Origin: Candidatus Latescibacterota bacterium
GTDB taxonomy: Bacteria > Latescibacterota > UBA2968 > GCA-2709665
DNA length: 64,000 nucleotides
NCBI GenBank assembly: GCA_965248435.1
Contig: OZ252100.1
Location: 352,001 to 416,000, forward strand
Reading direction: 5' to 3'
Shown here in pieces: positions 44,460 to 55,500 of this stretch (position 1 is the stretch's first letter; every line of letters starts with the position of its first letter). Both the position numbers and the translations under genes were made by a program. The notes under the pieces are model-generated. The model saw only the letters and a program-made list of their open reading frames with translations, made no database searches and was not told the origin of the DNA.

Positions 44460-45695
44460 ATGGTTACAACCCTGACTCAGGACGCTGATTACGATCTCTT
44501 CTGCAACCAGCGGCTGAACAACCCCTACCCCCTCTTCGCCCGTATGCGCGCCGAAGATCCCGTGCACTGGTCCGAGCTGATGCAGTGCTGGCTGATCACG
44601 CGCTATGATGACACGATGCTCGCACTCAAAGACGACCTGCCCCTGTTGTCCAGCCGCGAAGGGATCTACACCGGTCCGCTCCTGCCGGAGAATCGCGAAC
44701 GGGCCCAGCCACTCATCGATCACCTCACCCTCTGGATGCTCAGCATGGACCCACCGAACCACACTCGGCTTCGCAAGCTCGTGGGGCTCGCCTTCACCCC
44801 TCGTATGGTCAAATCACTCGAGCCGATGATCGAACGAATCGTAAACGAGCTCCTCGACCAGATTTCCGGGGACAAGCAGACGGATTTCATCCAGTCGTTC
44901 TGTCTGCCGCTCCCTGCGACCGTGATCTGCGAAATGCTCGGCATCCCGACCGAGCACCGGGATCAGTACCGCGATTGTGTGGACAGGATGATTCGGTTCG
45001 TCTCAGGCGGCGGCCCGGTCATCAACGATCACATCGACGAGGCCCGAGAGAGTCTGGATACGCTGATCGGGTTCTTCGATTCGCTGATCGACGAGCGCCG
45101 CGCCGACCCACAGGACGACCTGCTCAGCGCAATGGCCACCGCGGAAGAAGACGGCGATCGACTGACGAAGGACGAGCTCTTCGCCCTGTGCGTCTTCCTG
45201 TTCGTGGCGGGGCACGAGACCACCATGGGCCTCCTCGCCAACGGGACGCTGGCGCTGCTGCAGCACCCGGATCAGCACGAAAAGATGAAAGCAGATCCGG
45301 AAGGCCTCGTCGCACCGGCGATCGAAGAATTCCTGCGGTATGAATCGCCGGTAACCCGCGCGGTGCGGCGCGCGGCCGAGGACTTCGAGTGGCGCGGCAA
45401 GAAGATCCGCAAGGGCGAGACCACCATGTCGCTGCTCGGCGCCGCGAATCGCGACCCGGAGCAGTTCCCGGACCCCGACCGGCTGGACATCGAAAGAGAC
45501 CCCAATAAGCATCTCGGGTTCGGGTTCGGGATCCACTTCTGCATCGGCGCTCCCCTGGCACGCCTGGAGGGCAAGGTCGCCTTCCCTGCCATCCTCCGGC
45601 GCTTCCCGAACATGCGGCTTGCGACAGACCGGATCGAATACGTGCCGGCCTTCGGTATTCGATCGATCGAGGCGCTGCCGCTCGAACTGACGTAG
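44460..45695 (+). CDS. Cytochrome P450
   Basis: DPPNHTRLR, AGHETT, EEFLR (ExxR), ANRDP, FGFGIHFCIG haem Cys. Confidence 0.96.
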   Translation: MVTTLTQDADYDLFCNQRLNNPYPLFARMRAEDPVHWSELMQCWLITRYDDTMLALKDDLPLLSSREGIYTGPLLPENRERAQPLIDHLTLWMLSMDPPNHTRLRKLVGLAFTPRMVKSLEPMIERIVNELLDQISGDKQTDFIQSFCLPLPATVICEMLGIPTEHRDQYRDCVDRMIRFVSGGGPVINDHIDEARESLDTLIGFFDSLIDERRADPQDDLLSAMATAEEDGDRLTKDELFALCVFLFVAGHETTMGLLANGTLALLQHPDQHEKMKADPEGLVAPAIEEFLRYESPVTRAVRRAAEDFEWRGKKIRKGETTMSLLGAANRDPEQFPDPDRLDIERDPNKHLGFGFGIHFCIGAPLARLEGKVAFPAILRRFPNMRLATDRIEYVPAFGIRSIEALPLELT

Positions 45696-45725
45696 TAGAA
45701 GCCAGAAAAGCCCTGATGGCTGGAC

Positions 45726-45759
45726 AAAGGAAAGCCTCTTTGGCTTTCCTTTTTTGTTT
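45726..45759 (+). terminator. Intrinsic terminator after the P450 gene
   Basis: aaaggaaagcc-tcttt-ggctttccttt followed by a T-run. Confidence 0.7.
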
Positions 45760-45804
45760 CTCTATATTGAGCCCTCTTGAAATTCTGACAATGAGGATCC
45801 GTTA

Positions 45805-46398
45805 ATGGCTGATAAACCGGAAGAACGAAAACAGGTTTTCGCTGCGGCACTTGACGAATTTGCCGAGACCGGATTCACTCAGTCCAGTCTGGATTCGATC
45901 GCGCAAAGGGCGAATCTCGAAGTAGCCGTTGTACGAGCGCTCTTTGTGAGCAAGGAGACGCTTCTCCGCGAACTTCTGCAAGAAGAGTGCGAGATCATGA
46001 GCGCGATCGCCGTCGCGGTGGATGAAATTGATGATCCGAAGGAATTCGTCAGAGAGTCGCTTAAGGTTTTCGATCGATGGATGCTGGATAACCCTAAGGC
46101 CACGAGAGCCTGGGTGCAGTGTTCTCTCGAAGCACCTGGAGCCTTACGGTCCCACTACGAGCGTTCCCTCATGCCTTCGGAGTTCTATGACAGGCTGGGT
46201 CAGATCATCGACAGTGGACAAATTCGATGCGACGATCCGTTCATATTGAACATGCTCTTTGAATCTCTCATCGTATTCCCTCACATAATGCGCCAGACAC
46301 TCGAGCTCATAGACCCCGGTCAATCTGAGGAAGAAATCTTTGATCGCAGGTTCGAGGCCATGATGGACCTTTTTGAACACGGGTTGTTCACGAACTGA
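45805..46398 (+). CDS. TetR/AcrR family regulator
   Basis: AALDEFAETGF...SLDSIAQRA.........F.SKE.L. Confidence 0.85.
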   Translation: MADKPEERKQVFAAALDEFAETGFTQSSLDSIAQRANLEVAVVRALFVSKETLLRELLQEECEIMSAIAVAVDEIDDPKEFVRESLKVFDRWMLDNPKATRAWVQCSLEAPGALRSHYERSLMPSEFYDRLGQIIDSGQIRCDDPFILNMLFESLIVFPHIMRQTLELIDPGQSEEEIFDRRFEAMMDLFEHGLFTN

Positions 46399-46466
46399 GT
46401 TTCCAGTCCAATAAAGTCTCGCTAGTGCATTCCGCTTTGCGGCGTTGGAGATAAGGAAAAAGATCC

Positions 46467-49400
46467 ATGGATAAACGAGACCGAGTCTGGGTCATCGTGT
46501 TTCTAGTTTTGGGAGCGATTGGACTCGCATCGTACCTTCGCCTCTACGAAGAGGCATCTCCGGTTGCCTCTCTGGATTTCAAGCTCGATCGGGAAGAGGC
46601 CTTCGAGAAGGCCAGGGACTACACAGAACGGCTGGGTTACAGCACGGGGGATTACGAGAGCGCCCAGATCTTTTCCTGGGACTATGAGCACCAAGTCTTT
46701 CTGGAACGCACCCTCGGATTGCCAGAGGCCAATCGCCTCGCTCGAGAATGGGTCTCCATCTGGGCATGGCAGGTTCGCTGGTACAAACCGCTAGTAAAGG
46801 AGGAATTCAGGATCCACCTCGACCCGGGAGGTCGGATCGTCAATTTTGTTCACCGGATCCTGGAGACCGATCCAGGCGCCAGCCTGACGCAGACGGATGC
46901 CCTTCCGATTGCAGAAACATTCCTCACGGTGACCCAGGGGTTCGACCTGGCCGATTACGAGCTCATCGAAGAGTCGAGCGTGGAACGGCCGGCACGAATG
47001 GACCACACCTTCACTTACCGGAAACGCGATTTCACCGTCGGAGACGATGGGCATTACAGGCTGAAAGTGATCGTCCTCGGCGATCGTGTGGGTGAGTTCT
47101 CCGAATTCTTGAAGGTACCGGAGTCCTTCAGCCGGAACTATCGGGAGATCCGTTCCAGGGCAGGATTACTCACTTCTTTTTTCCGTGTATTCCACATCGC
47201 CCTAATGGTGGCGATACTGTTCGTGCTGGTGCAGAGACACCGCCAGGGCACGCTCAGATGGCGCGGCCCCCTCTTGATCGGGATTGTTGTTGCCGTGGCG
47301 TCGATCATCGCGGGGGTCAATGCCCTGCCCCTCGCCTATTTCGGTTTCGAGACAACGGAGTCTCAGTCCTTCTTCGTTCTCGAGTTTCTAGCTGTGGCGC
47401 TCCTTGCTTCCATATACTCTGGTGGAGTCATCTGTCTTACTGGTGTCTCAGGAGGGTCGCTCGCCCGACAGGTTCTCTACTCGAACCGGCGCAACCCCCT
47501 CCAAGGGATTTCGATTCGACGCGTCTTTTCGCCCGGGTTTGCACGGTCAACAATCGTCGGCTACGGCCTGGCGTTCTCCAGTCTTGGTTATGTCACCCTC
47601 TTTTACATTTTCGGTATCCGATATCTGGGGGTGTGGGTACCCGCCGATCTTACGGAATACAATAATTCTTTTAGTACCCTATTGCCATGGATTGAACCTC
47701 TGCTGGTTGGTCTAAGGGCCTCCACGGGTGAAGAATTCCTTTACCGGCTTTTTGCCATTCCCCTTCTCATTCGCTGGCTCAAAAGGCCGTGGCTCGCTGT
47801 GCTGCTCCAGGCGATCATATGGGCATTTCTCCATTCCAACTACCCGCAAGAGCCGATCTACATTCGGGGGCTGGAGATCACAGTGGTAGGTGTAGTCTAC
47901 GGCGCCATATTCCTGCGCTTTGGTATCTGGGCCACTGTCATCTCCCACTACGCCTTCAACGCCTTCGTGGGCGCCTTTCCCATGCTGATTTCTTCCAGCC
48001 TATACTTCCAGGTCTCAGGAGGCCTGGTTGTCGGTATACTTTTTCTTCCAGTGCTGCCTGCGATCTATGGTATGATCACCGGCCGCTACCGCTACATCGA
48101 GGAGGAAGAGGAGGAAATGGCAGTCGCGGAATCCGTCCAGGAGCCACCTCCCGAGGAAACACCACAAATCAGAAGAGAATGGACTCACTATAGACCGGAC
48201 AAGCGGGCCTGGCAGATCGCAGTTCTCTTAGCGATTGCCAGCGCTTCAATCCTGATCGGACTCGAAAAGACCCCTTGGTTCGGAAGACGCACCCTCACCC
48301 TGGCCGTCACCCGCTCCGACGCCGTCACTGAGGCGGAGTCCTTCCTGCGAGACGCGGGTCTTCAGCTGGCGGGGGGTCACCAAACAACCTGGTTCGAGTC
48401 TGTTTTGGGATCCGATGACTATGTCCACCTGGTCCGAAAGGCCGGCGTAGCCCGCGCAGACAGTCTGGCGTCCGCCCTGACCACGCCCTGGCAGTGGCGC
48501 GTTCGCAGGTTCAGGCCTTTGGAGAAAGAGGAAGTGCAGATCGGCGTAGATCCAGACGGAAGGGTGACGCGTTTTGAGCACCTGATCCCTGAAAACCAAC
48601 CCGGTGACGCCCTCGAAATCGAGGATGCCCGGAGCATCGCCGAAACTTTCGTGGTGACAAAATTCAATCGGACCGTCACGGACTCGGTGCGCTACAAATT
48701 GCTCGAGGCCGAATCAGAAAAACGCGAAGCGCGGGTCGATCACCGGTTTGTATGGGAACGAATCGACAGAAAAGTGGAAGAGGGTCAGTTTCGTACGGAA
48801 GTAATCGTGCAGGGGAACACGATTGGCCTGGTTTCGGCCCATTACAAGGCGCCCGAGGCCTTTCTACGGGGCTTGCAGGAGAAGAAAGCCAAGGACTTCG
48901 TTTCGGAGGTCCTGCCGATCATTCTCATCGTCGTGACGATCGTTCTGGCCGGCCGAAGCCTGATGAGAGGGCACAAAGAGGGAGCGCTCACGTGGGGGTT
49001 TCCTATCAGGATCGGCGCTGTTGTCGTCCTCCTGAGGCTGCTTGATTACCTGAACGACTTGCCGATCTTCTACCGCGGTTATGATACCAGACTGGCCATG
49101 GGAACATTCGTAGGCCATCAGCTCATAGGCCTCTTCATCAGCCTCGCATTCACAGGCCTGGCTGTGACCTTGATGGTCGCGCTTGCCCAGGCCCTTTACC
49201 ATAGGACCTGGCCAGGTCAAATGCCCCCTGACAGGTGGCTCAATCTGCTCAGATTGCGGCCTGGCAGCGCCCGATTGCTGCGAGACGGTCTCTTCCTGGG
49301 CCTCATCCTCTACGTGGTAAAAAGCTGTCTGGGCAGATTGGACAACTTTGTCACCTATCACTGGCTGGCCGACTACCTGAAACCGGATAGTATACAGCCT

Positions 49401-49871
49401 CTTGAAATAGACACATTCATCCCTGCCTTGGGTCTGACCCTGGATGCTGTCTCCAGTCTCCTGTTGATCGTCTTCGCCACCTTGATGGTAGTCCTGCTTT
49501 GGCGCGATTTCTTAAGGAGACTCTGGCTGTTCCTGGCTCTGTTTATGGTCGTCGTCCTTGTAGTTGGCGCGATAAGCTCGGCTGAAGACCTCAGCCATTT
49601 CGCGGTCCTGGCCGGTCTCAGCCTGATCCGATGGGCAGCACTCCTCTTTCTGATCCTCAGAGTCGTCAAGTGGAACCTTCTTGCTTATGCGATTGCGTTC
49701 TGGCTCAATGCCCTGATCCCCCACGGACTTTCCCTTCTGGACGAAGCGAACAGCTTTTACCAGGGTAACGGAATCGCCGTGCTTGTGGTCGGCGTGATAC
49801 CGATGATCATGACAGTGATCGCACACCTCAAAGACCGGCGAGTAGCGCCGTCGGTAGGAACGACTCAATAA
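46467..49871 (+). CDS. CPBP (CAAX protease/Abi) family intramembrane metalloprotease with an internally duplicated architecture
   Basis: GEEFLYR, WAFLH, SHYAFN in the first half; the two halves share 'W.VR...PL.KEE..I..DP.GR...F.H.I.E..PG..L'. Confidence 0.85.
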   Translation: MDKRDRVWVIVFLVLGAIGLASYLRLYEEASPVASLDFKLDREEAFEKARDYTERLGYSTGDYESAQIFSWDYEHQVFLERTLGLPEANRLAREWVSIWAWQVRWYKPLVKEEFRIHLDPGGRIVNFVHRILETDPGASLTQTDALPIAETFLTVTQGFDLADYELIEESSVERPARMDHTFTYRKRDFTVGDDGHYRLKVIVLGDRVGEFSEFLKVPESFSRNYREIRSRAGLLTSFFRVFHIALMVAILFVLVQRHRQGTLRWRGPLLIGIVVAVASIIAGVNALPLAYFGFETTESQSFFVLEFLAVALLASIYSGGVICLTGVSGGSLARQVLYSNRRNPLQGISIRRVFSPGFARSTIVGYGLAFSSLGYVTLFYIFGIRYLGVWVPADLTEYNNSFSTLLPWIEPLLVGLRASTGEEFLYRLFAIPLLIRWLKRPWLAVLLQAIIWAFLHSNYPQEPIYIRGLEITVVGVVYGAIFLRFGIWATVISHYAFNAFVGAFPMLISSSLYFQVSGGLVVGILFLPVLPAIYGMITGRYRYIEEEEEEMAVAESVQEPPPEETPQIRREWTHYRPDKRAWQIAVLLAIASASILIGLEKTPWFGRRTLTLAVTRSDAVTEAESFLRDAGLQLAGGHQTTWFESVLGSDDYVHLVRKAGVARADSLASALTTPWQWRVRRFRPLEKEEVQIGVDPDGRVTRFEHLIPENQPGDALEIEDARSIAETFVVTKFNRTVTDSVRYKLLEAESEKREARVDHRFVWERIDRKVEEGQFRTEVIVQGNTIGLVSAHYKAPEAFLRGLQEKKAKDFVSEVLPIILIVVTIVLAGRSLMRGHKEGALTWGFPIRIGAVVVLLRLLDYLNDLPIFYRGYDTRLAMGTFVGHQLIGLFISLAFTGLAVTLMVALAQALYHRTWPGQMPPDRWLNLLRLRPGSARLLRDGLFLGLILYVVKSCLGRLDNFVTYHWLADYLKPDSIQPLEIDTFIPALGLTLDAVSSLLLIVFATLMVVLLWRDFLRRLWLFLALFMVVVLVVGAISSAEDLSHFAVLAGLSLIRWAALLFLILRVVKWNLLAYAIAFWLNALIPHGLSLLDEANSFYQGNGIAVLVVGVIPMIMTVIAHLKDRRVAPSVGTTQ

Positions 49872-49887
49872 GGACGAGTATACGTTT

Positions 49888-50337
49888 ATGGGGGCTAGGA
49901 AAAGGGTAACGATCCGATCTCGCCTCGGAGAGCACGAAGGCGTTACGGATGGGATCGTTGCTTATTTTGACAGTCTGAACCAAAAGACGGGTGGTAAGAC
50001 CCGACACTTTGTAATTCTTGATCAGAATGTCGATCTGCAGCACGAGCCCTGGGATTGGAAGGACAGACGGTACGTCGATCTGGTGCAAGTCAAGAGCGTG
50101 GATGAATACCTCATCGAGCTGAAGGATCTTTATGTCGACATTATTATCGAGGGAAACGGCCCGACCTACCGCGTGATCGACCTGGAAGAGCTTGGAGACG
50201 CCCTTGAATCCGGTCAGATTCAGCTTTCGGAAATTGCAGGACCGCTTCGCAATCTTCAGCAGTTCCTGGATGGGCATGTCCACGGCGCGAAGGAGTTTCC
50301 TCCCGAGTGTATTCGACCTTTCATGACTTCGGTGTGA
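49888..50337 (+). CDS. DUF402-like protein
   Basis: YVDL......DLYVDIII......VIDLEEL..A...G.I pattern. Confidence 0.55.
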   Translation: MGARKRVTIRSRLGEHEGVTDGIVAYFDSLNQKTGGKTRHFVILDQNVDLQHEPWDWKDRRYVDLVQVKSVDEYLIELKDLYVDIIIEGNGPTYRVIDLEELGDALESGQIQLSEIAGPLRNLQQFLDGHVHGAKEFPPECIRPFMTSV

Positions 50338-50343
50338 CTAAAG

Positions 50344-51414
50344 ATGTCTGTGCGGATCGAGCCCATGTCTGAAGCGCACGTGGACAGTTTTCGCGAGGCC
50401 CTGGACTCCGTAGCCCGGGAACGCAAATACCTCGCCATGGTCCAGGCCCCTCCAATCGATCGAATGCGGGGCTGGATCGGAGGCAACATCGAGAAGGGAA
50501 ACCCTCAATTTGTCGCGGTCGATGGTGAAAGCGTAGTAGGCTGGTGTGACATCACGCCCAAAACACGAAAAGGGTTTGAGCATTCCGGCTCATTGGGTAT
50601 GGGTGTCCTGGCGGAATATCGACGCCAGGGCCTCGGAACGGCGCTCCTTTCAGCGGCGATGGGCAAAGCGAGGGAAGTCGGCCTTGAGCGAATCGAGCTC
50701 GAAGTCTTCGCCTCGAACACAGAAGCGATCAGCCTCTACGAGCGATTTGGATTCATTCGTGAAGGCTTGAAGGAGAAGAGCCGCAAGCTGGATGGAAAGT
50801 ACGAGGACCTTGTATTGATGGCGTGCTTTCTTGGTGGCGCGATCCCGGAGCGACAGGGCCCCAACTTCGCGGGACACGACCTTAACCTGGAGACAGAACG
50901 CCTCCTGCTTCGCCCGTTCGAGGACACCGACTTCGACATCGCGCTGCCGTTTTACCAGGATCGGGAATTTCGAGACCTTATGGAGGGCGATCCGGACGCA
51001 CAGATCACGCGCTCCTACCTCCAGCGTGCAGGAGACTCCATGTCCCGCGCCGGGTATTACTTTGCGATCGTAGACAGGTCGACCGGAATGCCGATCGGAG
51101 AGCTGTGCCTGCAGTGGATGAACCTGCCCAGGGCTAATGTTCGCACCGGTGAAAAAGTGATGCGAACACCGATTGGAATTTGGGACAAGTCACTCTGGAG
51201 GAAAGGATATGGCCGGGAGGCACTGAATTGCATCGTTGACTATGCTTTCAACACGATCGGTATCGACCGCCTCTGCGCGATGGACGTGAAACCAGAAAAC
51301 TTCCGATCCAGAGGCCTTTTCCAGGGCTGCGGGTTTAAGATCGTCCGAGAAATGGAGGACGGGACGCTTGACTTCGAGATCACGCGGGAAGAATACGAAA
51401 AGAGCGCGGAATAG
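50344..51414 (+). CDS. Tandem double-GNAT acetyltransferase (YhhY-like plus RimJ/L-like)
   Basis: LGMGV..EYRRQGLG...N..AI.LYERFGF; second domain LETERL.LRPF...WRKGYG.EA...N.RS..L....GF. Confidence 0.88.
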   Translation: MSVRIEPMSEAHVDSFREALDSVARERKYLAMVQAPPIDRMRGWIGGNIEKGNPQFVAVDGESVVGWCDITPKTRKGFEHSGSLGMGVLAEYRRQGLGTALLSAAMGKAREVGLERIELEVFASNTEAISLYERFGFIREGLKEKSRKLDGKYEDLVLMACFLGGAIPERQGPNFAGHDLNLETERLLLRPFEDTDFDIALPFYQDREFRDLMEGDPDAQITRSYLQRAGDSMSRAGYYFAIVDRSTGMPIGELCLQWMNLPRANVRTGEKVMRTPIGIWDKSLWRKGYGREALNCIVDYAFNTIGIDRLCAMDVKPENFRSRGLFQGCGFKIVREMEDGTLDFEITREEYEKSAE

Positions 51415-51446
51415 ATTCATCTATCCTTTTACTGTAGCTATCAAAA

Positions 51447-51485
51447 CAAAACCTCGCGAGCAAAGTCAGCCTCGCAAGGTTTTTC
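51447..51485. terminator. Probable bidirectional terminator between convergent genes
   Basis: aaaacctcgcgag...ctcgcaaggttttt. Confidence 0.6.
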
Positions 51486-51512
51486 CTTTGGTCAATCCGT
51501 CAGGGATTTGAC

Positions 51513-52250
51513 TCAGGATGGTCGGTCCGCGATTTCGCGGACCCAGATATTGCGGTAACGCACGTTGTCCTTGTGGTCCTGGAGCCGAATCGGTCCCTTC
51601 GGAGGATGAAGCACGTAGGACGGCATCATCTTGTGGCCGGTCTTTCCAAGCAGCTCGGTGTGATGGTGTGCAACAACGCCGTTGTGAATCAGGGTCAAGT
51701 ATGCGGGAACGATAACTTTCTCACCCTCGAACGTCGGTGCAACGAAAATGATATCGTAGGTCTGCCACTCGCCCGGTTTGCGGCAGGCGTTTACCATCGG
51801 CGGATGCTGGCCGTAGATTGCCGCGGCGTGGCCGTCTGCATACGTCGGGTTGTCATAGCAGTCCAGCACCTGGATCTCATACTTGCTCATCATAAAGATG
51901 CCGCTGTTTCCACGGCCCTGGCTGTCTCCACTGACCTCCCGGGGTGAACACCACTCGATATGAAGCTGGCAGCTGCTGAAGTGCGCCCGGCTTTCTATGT
52001 CACCAGTCCGCGTCACCTCCATCACCCCGTCCACGAGTTTCCACCCGACATCCCCATCACGCCCGACCCAGTTCGAAAAATCGGTCCCGTCGAACAGCAC
52101 GGTCGCGTCAGAGGGAGCGTGACTGGCGATTTCCTCGGAGCTCAGAGGGCCCGGCGTGACGACGCCTGGATAAGGCCGATTCGGGTCGTGGACCTTCCAG
52201 GTCGTATCAGGAAGGATCGGTGTATCCTCATAGCCAAGGGGTGCTGACAT
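51513..52250 (-). CDS. DUF1080 (3-keto-disaccharide hydrolase-like) protein
   Basis: APSDA.VLFDG, QLHIEW, RGNSGI, YEIQVLD, GEWQTYDI.F, I.LQDH...VRYRNIW. Confidence 0.9.
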   Translation of the reverse strand: MSAPLGYEDTPILPDTTWKVHDPNRPYPGVVTPGPLSSEEIASHAPSDATVLFDGTDFSNWVGRDGDVGWKLVDGVMEVTRTGDIESRAHFSSCQLHIEWCSPREVSGDSQGRGNSGIFMMSKYEIQVLDCYDNPTYADGHAAAIYGQHPPMVNACRKPGEWQTYDIIFVAPTFEGEKVIVPAYLTLIHNGVVAHHHTELLGKTGHKMMPSYVLHPPKGPIRLQDHKDNVRYRNIWVREIADRPS

Positions 52251-52401
52251 CCGATATCTCCTCGCGAAATAATTGTGTATGCCTGTACCCCGCAAGGTAG
52301 CCGGGCTTCCCTCGGTGTGTCAAGTGGTCTGTTGAAGGGAGGAACGAAAAAGTTCGTCTAAACCTGTGGAGACGCTCGTCCCGCTATCAGTTCGCGTAAA
52401 T

Positions 52402-52500
52402 CTGGAGTAATGCAGGACTGGAGTAATGGAGTATTTGGAAAGACTAAAATCCAGGCCCCCTATATCCAATACTCCAATACCCCATTACTCCAAGACTCCA
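52402..52500. repeat. Intergenic inverted array of 8-mer TGGAGTAA/TTACTCCA repeats
   Basis: tggagtaa..tggagtaa tggagtat ... atactcca atacccca ttactcca agactcca. Confidence 0.75.
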
Positions 52501-52526
52501 GCGACCCCGTTCCTGTTTGTTTCGTC

Positions 52527-52555
52527 TTGACTCGCTTATTCAACCCGTCTATATT
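52527..52555 (+). promoter_or_regulatory. Putative sigma70 promoter of the RND-queC unit
   Basis: TTGACT-N17-TATATT. Confidence 0.55.
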
Positions 52556-52596
52556 TTCACAAGTAAGCAACTGCTATCATCACGGTGGGGTGAAAC

Positions 52597-55500
52597 GTGA
52601 AGCTTTCCGAGTTTTCCATCCAGCGCCCGATTACGACCCTCATGGTCACACTCAGCGTTCTCGTGCTGGGCGCGATCTCCCTCCAGCGCCTCCCCCTCGA
52701 GTACCTCCCCAACTTCACCTGGCCCGCAATGTATATCAACGTGAACTACCCCTCCTCCTCTCCCGAAGAGGTGGAGCAGGAGATCACGCGTCCGATCGAG
52801 GAAGTGATGGGGACGCTTCCACACGTCAAATCGATCAGCGCGAGTTCCTACGACAACCGCTCCTCGATTCGTCTGGAGTTCGAGTTCGCGACCGACATGG
52901 ACCTGATGGCTGTCCACGTCCGGGACAGGCTGGATCAGGTGCGCGGAGACCTCCCGGACGACGTGGAACAGATTCAGATCCGAAGGTGGAACACCGAGGA
53001 CTTTCCGATTCTTTACTACTCCATGGCCTGGCTCGAGTCCGATCAGGAGGAACTTAGTCAGGTATTCGATCACGTAATCCTTCCTCGACTCCAGAGACTG
53101 GAAGGCGTAGGCAGCGTCGAGCTGAGAGGCCTGGAGGAGAAGGCGCTTCTGGTCGAAGTAAATCAGAACCTCCTGAGCACCCACAAGCTGGATATTCGAT
53201 CCCTGAACCGTGCGATCAGCTCGAACAATGTCAATGTGTCGGCCGGATATATCGAGGAAGCGGATAAACGTTTTGCGGTGAGGGCAGTCGGGGAGTTCGA
53301 CCAGGTGTCACAGATCCGGGAATTGCCGCTCAGGAATGACCTGACGATCGATGATGTCGCAGATGTCAATTACGATTACCCCGAAAGAACCAGTTTCGAA
53401 CGACTCGGCGGGCGAGAAGCCATCTCCCTGAGCGTCCGGAAATCGTCCACCGCCAATCTGGTCGCCACGGCAGACCGGGTCAAGCGGGAAATGGAAAAGA
53501 TCGTAGACGAAATCGGTCGGACCAAACTCAGGGCCCAGATCGTCAGAGATCGCTCCCTGGATGTCACGACCGGCGTCCGAAACCTGATCCAGTCTGCCGC
53601 GTTGGGAGGCATTTTGGCCATCTCGGTCATCTTTCTTTTCCTCCGCAATTTCCGGAGTACGGTAATCATCGGATCGGCGATCCCGATCTCCGCCCTCTGC
53701 GTCTTCATGATCATGTATCTGCTTCGCCAGCTGTTTGATGCCTCGATCACGCTCAATCTGATCTCGATGATGGGGTTGATGGTCGCCGTGGGCATGCTCG
53801 TGGATCCGGCGGTTGTCACCCTGGAGAACATCTTCCGTAAACGCTTCGACGAAGGGCAGGACGCCTGGACCGCAGCTATGGAAGGCAGCAGGGAGATCGG
53901 CATGCCCGTCCTGGCAGCCTCGATGACGACCATCTGTGTGTTCGTCCCGATCGTGTTCGTGACCGACTCCCGCACGTCGCTCATCATGAGGGATTTCGCG
54001 CTCACGGTCTGCATATCCGTCGTGGCCTCTTTTTGCGTCGCGATGACCCTGATTCCCCTCGCGGGCTCACGAATCTTCAAGGATGGAACAGGGAATCTCG
54101 ATCGCCGGCTCAAGGTCTGGGCGGGACTCGCAGCTATGAGCCTGCTGGTGCTGGTAGCGCTCTGGGTGGGACCTCGGGAGCTGGCGGCCTGGGGATACCA
54201 AAACTTCACTCGCCTCCTGGTGGGACTTGCAGTCATCGAATTACGTATCTGGATCATACTAGGTATCGCTGCCGCCGCCGTCTTTGGACTGTACTACCCC
54301 ATCCGGCACGTCGGAATCAGACGGGTCTACACCCACATGATCAACGCCACGCTTACCTACCGGTGGACGACCATCGCCGCAGCCTCTATTCTGCTGGCCT
54401 TCGCGATTCACCTATTCGGGCAGATCGAAAAACAGCCATATCGATGGCAGCCCACGCGTCGGGTGACCTTCACCGTGGAGATGCCGAGAAACTATGCGCT
54501 GGAGGACGCCGTTTCCCTCTTCGAGGGCATCGAAAACCTGTTGATGCCTAAGAAGGCCGAACTCGACATCGACGCAATCAGCACCACCTTCAGCGACAGA
54601 AGAAGCAACCGGATTTCGCTTTACCTCGTACCCGCCGATAAGAGCATGTTAACGACCGACGAAGTCAAGCGAAAGGTTGCCGCACTGCTCCCGAAGGACA
54701 TCCCCGGTGTCCGGTTCAAGACCGGACGGACCCGAGGAAGCAATTCCACGGGAGTCGGTTTGGACATCAAAGGGCGGGACATCGCGGTGTTGGAAATGCT
54801 CGCTGAAGATATCGAGATTCAGATGCAGGGCATGCAGGGTGTCCACGACATCGAGACGAGTCTGGAAAGCGGGAAGGAGGAGATCCGTGTAACGGTCAAC
54901 CGCCAGCGAGCGCTCCGGTACGGCCTCTCCCCCAGACAGATTGCAACCACCGTCGCAACGGCCCTGGGTACTCGAGGGAGCAGCAAGTTCAAGACGGACG
55001 AAAGGGAGATCGATATCACCGTGCAACTGAGGGAAGAGGACCGGACGTCACTCGAGCAGCTCAAGAACGCCCAGTTCGAGAGTGACGCGGGGAGCCTCGT
55101 CTCCTTCGCCACCCTGGCCGATTTCCAGCTTCGAAAGGGCCCGAAGGCGATCACCCGCGAGGACCGGATGGCCACCGTCACGGTCTTTGCGAATACGGAA
55201 CAGTCGGCAATCTACCGGGTGGGCAGGGAGATGATGGGGCGCATGGAGAGCATCCCCTTGCCGAACGGATACAGCTGGAAAATGGGACGGTCGTTCCGCC
55301 GGATGTCCCAGGAACAGGGTGAAACCAACTTCACGATCTTCTTTGCGATCATTCTGATCTACCTCATTATGGCCTCGCTCTTCGAATCCTATGCCCACCC
55401 GTCCACCATCCTGTTCTCCATCGGGTTCGGGTTCATTGGGGTCGTTTTTGGACTCTACATATTCAACATCCCGATGGACAGCAACGCCTCATACGGCCTC

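Noticed and set aside
44460-46398. P450 plus TetR as a secondary-metabolite biosynthetic cluster
   Set aside because: No scaffold-forming enzyme or precursor peptide is nearby, and a terminator separates the two genes.
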